The notes under the pieces are model-generated. The model was not told where the DNA came from and did no database searches. It worked only from the letters and a program-made list of their open reading frames with translations. Shown piece after piece: positions 56,349 through 64,000 of a stretch of DNA of 64,000 nucleotides (position 1 is its first letter; every line of letters starts with the position of its first letter). The position numbers were made by a program, and so were the translations under genes. The DNA is from Syntrophaceae bacterium (GTDB lineage: Bacteria > Desulfobacterota > Syntrophia > Syntrophales > Smithellaceae), in NCBI GenBank assembly GCA_018056765.1, contig JAGPFA010000014.1:90-64089 (forward strand), written 5' to 3'.

Positions 56349-57845
56349 ATGATGGATGTTCTACTGACATTTACAGGATTTCATGACCCTTATTTCAAGG
56401 GATTGGTTGACCAGGAGGAACAGCCCGGCCCCATCCTTTCCCTTTTAACCAGACGCTCATTTGATCATATATTTCTCTTCGATACCCCAAGCACGCAGCG
56501 GGTTACCGGGGAAACAAAGGACGCTATCAAGAAGCTCCATCACAGGAGCGAGGTTCACGTTCTCGAAATCAACCTTGCCGATCCGACAAATTACCAAGAG
56601 ATATTCAGGGGGCTCAAAACTCATCTTAATCGCATTATTGAGAATTTTGCTTCAGCACGCTTCTTTGTCGCAGTCGCGTCGGGAACGCCCCATATGCATG
56701 CCTGCTGGGTGCTTCTTACGGCATCCGGCGAAATTCCCGCCCGCATCCTCCATGTGCGACCACCGCATTTTGTAACAAAACAACACCCGCTCGTGACCGA
56801 GGTGGATTTCTCCTCGCGTGAGTTCCCTACCGTCAGGTTCCAGGATGTATCGATTCCTGTTGAAGAGAGCCAAGCCGATGTTGATTACGTCAGAGTGCAG
56901 CTTGGCATTGTGGGAGATCACTCTGCGATGCAGCGTTCACTCGAGATGGGTGCGATGCTGGCTCCATCACAGGCCCCGGTCCTCATCTTTGGCGAGACAG
57001 GGACCGGCAAGGAGCTATTCGCACGATACATTCACCGATTGAGTGGAAGGCCGCGAGAGACCTTTGTCGCTGTAAATTGTGCAGCGATTCCAGAAGACCT
57101 TGTCGAAAGCCTGCTGTTCGGTCACAAGAAAGGAGCCTTTACTGGCGCGATTAACGACCAGGTTGGGAAGTTCGATACGGCAGATAAGGGGACTCTTTTC
57201 CTTGATGAGCTCGGCGAGCTTCCCATACGCGCACAGGCCAAGTTGTTGAGAGTTCTGCAAGATGGAATGGTAGAGCCGATTGGACAAGCCAAGGCGCATA
57301 AGGTTGACGTGCGGATTGTGTGTGCAACGAATCGGGACTTACGCAAGCTGGTGAGGCAGGGTAAATTCCGTGAAGATCTTTTTTATAGGCTCAACGTCGG
57401 CGAAATCAAACTTCCTCCGCTCCGTGAAAGACGCTCTGACATTCCCAAACTGGCGCTCCACATTCTCGATAGGTTGAATGGCTCTTTGCGACGACCCAAG
57501 AGGTTGTCGGCGGAAGCCTTGTCCAGGCTGCAATCTCACAACTGGGCGGGAAATGTTCGCGATTTGGAAAACGTCATCGAGAGGTCTGTTCTTCTTTGCC
57601 GCAACGATGTTTTGGACGCAGATGACCTCCTGATCACGGAACCGGTCACCTACGCCGACCCACTGGATGCACTTCCCGAGCCTTACGAGGGATTCTCATT
57701 GGATGCGTTTCTCGGGAGCGCTCGGAAGCAAATGATTCTCCGTGCGCTTGAAGCAGCCGGCGGCAACCAAAGCCAAGCAGCTCGAATGCTTGGGATCACG
57801 CCGCAGGCGGTGCACAAGTTCTTGCAATCGAGACCAAAGACTTAA
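56349..57845 (+). CDS. RtcR-like sigma54-dependent transcriptional activator (N-terminal RtcR-type CARF domain + AAA+ + HTH)
   Basis: 498 aa. The N-terminal ~165 aa align by eye with the E. coli RtcR CARF domain (EINLADPTNYQEIF; ASGTPHMHACWVLLTASGEIPARILHVRPP against TTGTHVAQICWFLL...LPARLIQ..PP). Also Walker A GETGTGKE, GAFTGA, and the C-terminal HTH NQSQAARMLGITPQAVHKFL. Confidence 0.75.
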   Translation: MMDVLLTFTGFHDPYFKGLVDQEEQPGPILSLLTRRSFDHIFLFDTPSTQRVTGETKDAIKKLHHRSEVHVLEINLADPTNYQEIFRGLKTHLNRIIENFASARFFVAVASGTPHMHACWVLLTASGEIPARILHVRPPHFVTKQHPLVTEVDFSSREFPTVRFQDVSIPVEESQADVDYVRVQLGIVGDHSAMQRSLEMGAMLAPSQAPVLIFGETGTGKELFARYIHRLSGRPRETFVAVNCAAIPEDLVESLLFGHKKGAFTGAINDQVGKFDTADKGTLFLDELGELPIRAQAKLLRVLQDGMVEPIGQAKAHKVDVRIVCATNRDLRKLVRQGKFREDLFYRLNVGEIKLPPLRERRSDIPKLALHILDRLNGSLRRPKRLSAEALSRLQSHNWAGNVRDLENVIERSVLLCRNDVLDADDLLITEPVTYADPLDALPEPYEGFSLDAFLGSARKQMILRALEAAGGNQSQAARMLGITPQAVHKFLQSRPKT

Positions 57846-57955
57846 ACCAGGGTTTAAGATGTTTCAACCTGGATTGAAGGATAAGATGATGCCAGGGATA
57901 ACGACAAGGATATTAACAATTGTGATAACAATGGGTTGCCGCTTATTCAGAGAAG

Positions 57956-57971
57956 TGGCATGGGCGTTGCT
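57956..57971 (+). promoter_or_regulatory. sigma54 (-24/-12) promoter candidate: TGGCAT-N5-TTGCT
   Basis: TGGCATGGGCGTTGCT is a near-consensus match (TGGCAC-N5-TTGCW). It lies 111 nt after the RtcR-like stop and 55 nt before the ATG at 58026. Confidence 0.6.
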
Positions 57972-58025
57972 TTCTATCGGTCATAGACAGACCGATCAAG
58001 GGTCCTAAACAAGAAAGGAGCAGAC

Positions 58026-58310
58026 ATGCCAAGATTTACGGTTACATCAATCATCGACGGAGATACTTTCGAGGTCAACCCCCTATGGAAATGGAATGGT
58101 ATGACGGGCACCCGAGTCCGCCCGGCGGGCTACGATGCCCCGGAACTTCACTCCTATGGAGGCCAGGCGGCTAAAGATAAATTATCAAAGCTCATATATG
58201 CAAGAGAAGTCGAACTCCGCACAGCCCACAAAATCGACCGAGGACGTTTGGTTTGTGAGGTATATTTCAAAAATAGAAATCTTGCAGATTATTTTCCTAA
58301 GTGGCAGTGA
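58026..58310 (+). CDS. mini staphylococcal-nuclease (SNase/thermonuclease)-like protein
   Basis: 94 aa. IIDGDTFEV...RVRPAGYDAPE...GGQAAKDKL...IDRGRLVCEVY follows the SNase catalytic-core pattern (DGDT, RLxGIDAPE, D.yGR). RBS GAAAGGAG upstream. Confidence 0.6.
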   Translation: MPRFTVTSIIDGDTFEVNPLWKWNGMTGTRVRPAGYDAPELHSYGGQAAKDKLSKLIYAREVELRTAHKIDRGRLVCEVYFKNRNLADYFPKWQ

Positions 58311-58331
58311 TCTGCCAAGATTTCAGAAGGA

Positions 58332-60617
58332 GTGTCTGTGAGGGATTATTCTACTGAAGCAGATGCAAGAATAGTAATAGACGATCTGCTCCGCCAAGCG
58401 GGGTGGAACCCCGCTGACAAGTCGCAGGTGCTGACCGAGGTTTCCATTCGTGACACTTGCTGGGTGATTGCCGAACCCGTTGCCCCCTATGGGTATAAAC
58501 CCAGCCGTAAAACGAAAGATGGTGATGAGATAGCAACCGGTCGCGCTGACTATGTCTTAATGGACCGTCGTGGACGCCCGCTCGCTATAGTTGAAGCGAA
58601 ACGCTCTGCGATCGAACCCTACCAAGCAAAACAGCAGGCGTTGCCCTACGCTAAAGCAATAGGAGCGCCATTCATCTTTCTTACCAATGGAGAACTCATC
58701 TATTTTTGGGATTACGGCAATGATGACGCCCGCATTGTAAATTCATTCTTTTCCTGTCGTGATCTTGAAAGAATCGTTGAAATGCGTTCTACGCGCAAAC
58801 CCCTCGCAACTATTGAAATACCGGAATATTATCTTCGCCAGGGTGAAACAAGAAAAGTGCGCCCGTATCAGCGAGAGGCCATGCAGGCACTGGATCACGC
58901 TGTGGAGCTAGGCAAACGACGCTTTTTGATTGAACTCCCCACCGGCACAGGCAAAACGGATCTCATCTCCATTTATATCAAGCGCCTCATCCAGGCAGGA
59001 CGTGCCGAGCGCATTCTGTTTCTGGTGGACAGAGAGCAGCTCGCCAAACAGGCACTCGAAGCTATTCAGGACATTCTGAACCAACACAGCAGCTACTGGT
59101 TACGCCCGGGCATGGTCCGGCAGGAACAACAGATTACGGTTTGTCTGCTCCAGACAATGATCAGCCGCTACACGGAATTCACCAGTGGCTATTTCGACGT
59201 GGTCATAGCCGATGAATGTCACCGTTCCATATACGGCTCCTGGCAGACCGCTCTCACTCATTTTGATGCGCTTCACATCGGCCTGACGGCAACACCCTCT
59301 GCATATATCGAGCGGAACACTTTCCAATTCTATCAATGCCACGACGGACAGCCGGATTTCACCTTTCCGATCCTGCAGGCCTTCAGGGATGGTTTTCTGG
59401 TGCCATACAAATTTGCCACCGGCATCACCCAAATCCTTGCTGAAGGCGCGGAAGTCGATGAACAAACATACGACCCATCCGAATTTGAACGCAAATGGAC
59501 AAACGAAGACTCCAACAGGAAAATGATGCAGGAGTTCGACCGGCTCGCCTGGGAGAACTTCAAAGAGTTGGCTCCTGGTCAAAAGACCGGGCCCGGCAAG
59601 ACCATAGTTTTTGCCATCACCAAACACCATGCCGCAAGACTCGCTTATTTCTTGAACGAACTCCATCCTGAACTCAAGGGCCAGTATGCCGAGGTTATCA
59701 CCAGCGACGTTGCCGACGCTGATGACCTCATCCGCAAATTAAAACGGGAAGAATACCCGCAGATAGCTGTTAGTGTCGGTATGCTGGATACAGGATTTGA
59801 CTGCAGGGAAATTCTCCACCTGGTAATGTGCCGCCGGGTGCGCAGTCCTATACTATACCAACAAATGAGGGGCCGCGGAACACGCACGGCAGATCATATC
59901 CAGAAGCAAAAATTTGTCATCTACGACTTCTTCGGTAACCACGACTACTTCAACGATAGCGATACTGACATTTTCAGCGGCATCGGTCGCGGACATGCCC
60001 CTGGCGGCGAACGTAAACCACCTAAACCACAGGGTGACCTTATCGAACTTGGTCTTGAGGACGAATGGCTCCACGCTGTCACTTATGTGGAGGTTGGCCC
60101 GGACGGTGGGCGATTCGACAAGCGTGACTATGTCACCAATTGGGAAACAACCGTTCGATCCGCTGTGAAGGATGACCCGATCCTCCAGAAGATACGGAAG
60201 GAAGAATTATTAACCGAAAATGAAGAGAAGGCATTGGCCGACCGTTTAAACCGGCCGGAGATGTATTTTAACGAGGAGAACCTTCGTCGAGCCTACCGCC
60301 AGCCGGGTGGCAACCTGATCGATTTTATTAAAGCCGCCCTTGGCAGGCTAAGGATAAAACCACGCGAAGAGGAATTGACCGAAAATTTCCAGGCTTGGCT
60401 GGTTGCAAAATCGATCACACCACAGCAGGCACAGTATCTTTCACTCCTCAAGAACCGCGGCATCGCACGCGGCCGCATCGAGCTGGAGGATTTGTTCCAG
60501 CCGCCACTTTCGATCTTAAATGCGGCAGGGCTTGGGGTTGAGCTATTCGGCGAGAGGGGGCTCAAGGAAATAATCCAAGATTTGAACGATTCGGTCTTCA
60601 CAAAGACAGTCGCATAA
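58332..60617 (+). CDS. hsdR: type I restriction enzyme R subunit (HsdR, EcoEI-like short form)
   Basis: 761 aa. N-terminal nuclease domain (ADYVLMDRRGRPLAIVEAKR), SF2 motifs ELPTGTGKT and DECH, and a C-terminal EcoEI_R_C-like tail. GTG start. Confidence 0.85.
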   Translation: MSVRDYSTEADARIVIDDLLRQAGWNPADKSQVLTEVSIRDTCWVIAEPVAPYGYKPSRKTKDGDEIATGRADYVLMDRRGRPLAIVEAKRSAIEPYQAKQQALPYAKAIGAPFIFLTNGELIYFWDYGNDDARIVNSFFSCRDLERIVEMRSTRKPLATIEIPEYYLRQGETRKVRPYQREAMQALDHAVELGKRRFLIELPTGTGKTDLISIYIKRLIQAGRAERILFLVDREQLAKQALEAIQDILNQHSSYWLRPGMVRQEQQITVCLLQTMISRYTEFTSGYFDVVIADECHRSIYGSWQTALTHFDALHIGLTATPSAYIERNTFQFYQCHDGQPDFTFPILQAFRDGFLVPYKFATGITQILAEGAEVDEQTYDPSEFERKWTNEDSNRKMMQEFDRLAWENFKELAPGQKTGPGKTIVFAITKHHAARLAYFLNELHPELKGQYAEVITSDVADADDLIRKLKREEYPQIAVSVGMLDTGFDCREILHLVMCRRVRSPILYQQMRGRGTRTADHIQKQKFVIYDFFGNHDYFNDSDTDIFSGIGRGHAPGGERKPPKPQGDLIELGLEDEWLHAVTYVEVGPDGGRFDKRDYVTNWETTVRSAVKDDPILQKIRKEELLTENEEKALADRLNRPEMYFNEENLRRAYRQPGGNLIDFIKAALGRLRIKPREEELTENFQAWLVAKSITPQQAQYLSLLKNRGIARGRIELEDLFQPPLSILNAAGLGVELFGERGLKEIIQDLNDSVFTKTVA

Positions 60618-60626
60618 GGAGCAGCG

Positions 60627-62276
60627 ATGAACCAGGATTTGCGCAGAAAACTAAACCGAATTACTGACATCCTCTGGGCAGGCGGTGTAACCAATCCGGT
60701 TACCTATATCGAGCAGATTTCCTATCTGATTTACCTCAAGCTGCTCGACGAAGAGGAATCCAGCCGCGAACTCCAGGCCCGGCTCATGGGAAAACCGCTC
60801 TACCCGAAACAGGCCGAACGTTTCCGCTGGTCCAAGTGGCGTTTCAAAAGCGGCACCGACCTGCGTGACTTCGTGCGTGACCACGTTTTTCCCTATATGG
60901 CTTCGCTGGTGAAGGAAGAACCGCAGATCGCCGAGTATTTCCGCGACGCTGTGCTTGAGGTTGTTGACCCGAATGTGCTCAAGCAAGTAGTGGACGAGAT
61001 CGACGGCATTGACTTCGCCAAGCTCGGCACTGACGTGAAGGGCGACATCTTCGAGTACATGCTGACCCATCTCGGGCAGTCCGCGCTGAATGGCCAATTT
61101 CGAACGCCCCGCCAGATCCGAACCATGATGGTCGAGATGATGGACCCCAATCTGGGGGACACAATCTATGACCCGGCTTGTGGTACCGGTGGTTTTCTCA
61201 TTGATGCAGTAGAGTACATTCTGGCCAGATACTCGACCGAGCCTCAGGAAGTCCCCATCTACGGCGAGGAGTGGCTGGAAAAGCGTAACCAGTCCATCAA
61301 GGAAGCCAAACAGGAAATCCCGACGCTGCAGACCTATCGAAAAGGTCCGGGCGAAAAAATCCCTGACTGGGGCATTCTTGAGCGCTCCATCTACGGCATC
61401 GACGTGTCACGCCAGATGATGAGGATCGCCATGATGAACCTGGTTTTGCACGGTATTCGTCAGGCCAACGTCAAGCGCGCCAATACGCTTTCCGATATGG
61501 GCGGCCTCACCGAGGACGATCTGAACCGCCGCTACAAAGTAATCCTTTCCAATCCGCCTTTTGCCGGTGTGCTGCCCAAAGAATCGATCCGCAAGGATCT
61601 TCCAACAAATTCCAAAAAGAGCGAGTTGCTCTTTCTAGGAGTGATGATGGAGGCCCTGGCTCCTGGCGGCCAATGCGCCGTCGTTGTGCCCGAGGGGCTT
61701 CTTTTCGGCTCTACGTCCGCGCATATGGAACTCAGGCGCAAGCTGATTGAGGATTTCGACCTTCTAGCTGTAGTGTCGCTGCCTGCCGGGGTGTTCAAAC
61801 CCTACGCCGGAGTAAAGACCGGAGTCATCGTTTTTAGAAGGCCGGCTTCGGGCGCTAAAAAGGACAAAAATACAAAGCATAAGGAAAAGATCTGGTTCTA
61901 CGAGGTGCGGGCGGACGGGTTTGATCCGGACAAGATTTCCGGCGGAGGCAGACCGGAAACTCCGGAACGAAACGACATCCCTGACCTGCTCAGCGAGTGG
62001 AAAGTTTATAAAGAATCCAAATTTACCAATCCCCCCGGTGTTGAAGGCGGAACCCTTTTGCCTGCTGGAAGCGACGACCCGCGTTGCTGGTGGACAAGCA
62101 TCAAATCCGTAGTTGAAAACGACTACAACCTTGCTGCCGGCCGCTATAAACCGCAGATCGCCGAAAAGGCGCCGGATGAAGACCCGGTGCAGCTTATCCA
62201 GGAAACACTCGCTATCGAGCGTGAGATCGCCGAAGGGTTGGAGAAACTGCTTCGGGAAGTGGAGGCAGTTGAATGA
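60627..62276 (+). CDS. hsdM: type I restriction-modification N6-adenine DNA methyltransferase subunit (HsdM)
   Basis: 549 aa. HsdM N-terminal domain (ILWAGGVTNPVTYIEQISYLIYLK), the AdoMet motif DPACGTGGFL, and the catalytic NPPF (ILSNPPFAG). Confidence 0.9.
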   Translation: MNQDLRRKLNRITDILWAGGVTNPVTYIEQISYLIYLKLLDEEESSRELQARLMGKPLYPKQAERFRWSKWRFKSGTDLRDFVRDHVFPYMASLVKEEPQIAEYFRDAVLEVVDPNVLKQVVDEIDGIDFAKLGTDVKGDIFEYMLTHLGQSALNGQFRTPRQIRTMMVEMMDPNLGDTIYDPACGTGGFLIDAVEYILARYSTEPQEVPIYGEEWLEKRNQSIKEAKQEIPTLQTYRKGPGEKIPDWGILERSIYGIDVSRQMMRIAMMNLVLHGIRQANVKRANTLSDMGGLTEDDLNRRYKVILSNPPFAGVLPKESIRKDLPTNSKKSELLFLGVMMEALAPGGQCAVVVPEGLLFGSTSAHMELRRKLIEDFDLLAVVSLPAGVFKPYAGVKTGVIVFRRPASGAKKDKNTKHKEKIWFYEVRADGFDPDKISGGGRPETPERNDIPDLLSEWKVYKESKFTNPPGVEGGTLLPAGSDDPRCWWTSIKSVVENDYNLAAGRYKPQIAEKAPDEDPVQLIQETLAIEREIAEGLEKLLREVEAVE

Positions 62277-63550
62277 AGTGGCCCACACCCGCTTTGGGAC
62301 AAATTGCCACCATCACCGGAGGGAGTACCCCAAGCCGTACTCAAGAAAAGTATTGGAACGGTTCAATTCTATGGCTTACTCCGACCGACCTCCCAACGCC
62401 TGGCAAAGGCATTACCGATGTGAGTGACACGGCAAGTAAAATTACTGAGGAAGGGTTAGCTGCAATCTCAGCACAGCTTCTTCCTGTAGGGACTGTGTTG
62501 TTCTCTTCTCGTGCAACAATTGGAAAACTTGGAATCTCAAGGGCCCCTCTCGCCACGAATCAGGGCTTTGCCAATTTCATTCCCAAAAAATTTGTTGATG
62601 CAAAGTATCTTGCCTACTGTTTGCTACACTATACAGCCGAAATCACCGCTTTGGCTGGGTCAACTACTTTCAAAGAAGTTACCAAGACTGCATTAAAGAA
62701 ATTTAAAATCCCTCTTCCCGCTCTCGCCGAGCAACGTCGCATTGTCGAAATACTGGATCAGGCGGATGCACTGCGAAAACAGCGCGCCAAGGCCAACGCC
62801 AAAGCCGCCTGCATCCTCCCCTTGCTCTTCTACAAAATGTTCGGCGACCCGGCTACGAATCCGCAGAGCTGGCCAACCAAACGGCTTGGCGATCCTAATG
62901 TGGCAACAATCAATCCAAGGTTCTCATGTAAAAATATTTCTGCTGACACAGAGTTTTCTTTCGTTCCGATGGCCGATGTTGATGAAACATGGGGGCGTAT
63001 CGTTGGCAAACAAGTGCGATCCTATTCCGAAATAATGCGGGGATTCACTGCCTTTCAAAACGACGATGTACTTTTCGCAAAAATCACTCCATGCATGCAG
63101 AACGGAAAGGCGGCTATCGCCCGAAATATGGTTAATGGGTTTGGATTCGGCTCCACGGAATTCCATGTCCTGCGTACGGGCGCTTTGTGCACACCTGAAT
63201 GGCTGTATGTTCTAGTTCGGCTGCCGTGGTTCAGAAAACAGGCAGAATCAAGCTTTACGGGGACGGTCGGGCAACAACGGGTCCCGGCAGATTTTCTTTC
63301 ACACTACACAATTGGTTGCCCGCCGATTGAACTACAACGGAAATTCTCTAGGGCAGTGATGCGCTTCCAAGAATGGGTTGAACAAAGTGACCGCAGTAGG
63401 AAAAATTTGGAGCATATATTCTCTGTCCTTCTTCACCGCGCCTTTACCGGCGACCTTACTTCCAAATGGCGCGAAGCGCATATGAAGGAAATCCTGCAGG
63501 AGATGGAACAGCAGGCCAAGGTATTAAACTTATCGAGGAACGAAGCATGA
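62273..63550 (+). CDS. hsdS: type I restriction-modification specificity subunit (HsdS)
   Basis: 425 aa. Two target-recognition domains separated by conserved helical spacers (LPPLAEQRRIVEILD-like LPALAEQRRIVEILDQADALR). 4-nt overlap with hsdM. Confidence 0.85.
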   Translation: MKWPTPALGQIATITGGSTPSRTQEKYWNGSILWLTPTDLPTPGKGITDVSDTASKITEEGLAAISAQLLPVGTVLFSSRATIGKLGISRAPLATNQGFANFIPKKFVDAKYLAYCLLHYTAEITALAGSTTFKEVTKTALKKFKIPLPALAEQRRIVEILDQADALRKQRAKANAKAACILPLLFYKMFGDPATNPQSWPTKRLGDPNVATINPRFSCKNISADTEFSFVPMADVDETWGRIVGKQVRSYSEIMRGFTAFQNDDVLFAKITPCMQNGKAAIARNMVNGFGFGSTEFHVLRTGALCTPEWLYVLVRLPWFRKQAESSFTGTVGQQRVPADFLSHYTIGCPPIELQRKFSRAVMRFQEWVEQSDRSRKNLEHIFSVLLHRAFTGDLTSKWREAHMKEILQEMEQQAKVLNLSRNEA

Positions 63551-64000
63551 AATTGCGCCGTATTGAGATCGAAAACTTTCGCGCATTTGCGCCTCCCTTG
63601 GAAATTGAGATAGATGACTTTACGGCTTTCATAGGTCGGAATGATGTTGGAAAATCATCTATTTTGGCAGCACTGACCATCTTTCTTGAAGGCGATGGCG
63701 TAAAGATTGACCAGGCCGACGGATCGCTTCATGGAGATCGTTCAAGAGTACGTATTACCTGCGAGTTCGACAATTTGCCTGAAAATATAGTACTCGACGA
63801 CGCGTATGAAACAAATCTTGCAGATGAGCATCTGCTTCGTTCAAATGGACGTCTTCGAATCACAAAACTTTACGATTGCAGCAAGTCCAAAATCAACCCT
63901 TCTATATTTATCAACGCAGAAAATCATCCTGTTGACGAAAGCAGCAAGTCTTTACTGCCGTTAACAATTCAGGAATTGAGAAAAGAAGCTGAAAATCGGC
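63547..64000 (+). CDS. AAA/ABC-type ATPase, OLD-family-like (N-terminal part, truncated by the window end)
   Basis: Open to the window edge. MKLRRIEIENFRAFAPPLEIEIDDFTAFIGRNDVGKSSILAAL is the typical N-terminus and Walker A of the AAA_15/OLD/GajA/AriA-type clade. Its ATG overlaps the hsdS TGA (ATGA). Confidence 0.6.
   Translation, partial: MKLRRIEIENFRAFAPPLEIEIDDFTAFIGRNDVGKSSILAALTIFLEGDGVKIDQADGSLHGDRSRVRITCEFDNLPENIVLDDAYETNLADEHLLRSNGRLRITKLYDCSKSKINPSIFINAENHPVDESSKSLLPLTIQELRKEAENR

Noticed and set aside
57742-58008. 88-aa ORF spanning the end of the RtcR-like gene and the sigma54 promoter
   Set aside because: It overlaps the regulator's C-terminal HTH coding region out of frame and covers the promoter. 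No RBS or domain.

Overview
This is a 64-kb chromosomal segment from what looks like an anaerobic, Desulfobacterota-type bacterium. That guess rests only on gene content (rubrerythrins, desulfoferrodoxin, rubredoxin plus FprA/ROO, indolepyruvate:ferredoxin oxidoreductase, several sigma54 activators); no search was run. The housekeeping backbone is rpsF-rpsR-DUF2232-rplI-dnaB, hppA, pth-ctc-prs-tRNA-Gln-ispE, clpB, rpoH and mutS. Accessory blocks interrupt it: (i) an AT-rich island at 1-4100 holding uncharacterised small-gene cassettes, including a SemiSWEET and a PD-(D/E)xK-like protein. (ii) A cryptic metabolite-type cluster at 4358-12092: radical SAM, MFS, a PTS-EIIA::opine-dehydrogenase fusion, a B12-binding-like/TIM-barrel protein, and a Cys-less asparagine-synthetase-like enzyme. 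(iii) A PerR-rubrerythrin-desulfoferrodoxin oxidative-stress operon. (iv) A PAAR-like (DUF4150) polymorphic nuclease toxin locus with a tandem 1.5-kb duplication that creates an orphan toxin-tip/immunity module. (v) A two-component/sigma54 unit in front of a GAF-GspE-like protein whose ATPase motifs are all degenerate. (vi) A tRNA-Asn-flanked island containing a complete but ORF-less class-C-like group II intron ribozyme, a GIY-YIG gene, and an RtcR-type (CARF) sigma54 activator. This activator is followed by a near-consensus sigma54 promoter, a mini SNase-like nuclease, type I R-M genes (hsdR/M/S) and a translationally coupled OLD/AAA-type ATPase cut by the window end. The strongest candidate for something undescribed is the RtcR-like regulator wired to a defence operon instead of rtcBA. 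All family calls come from reading motifs in the supplied translations by eye and need HMM or BLAST confirmation.
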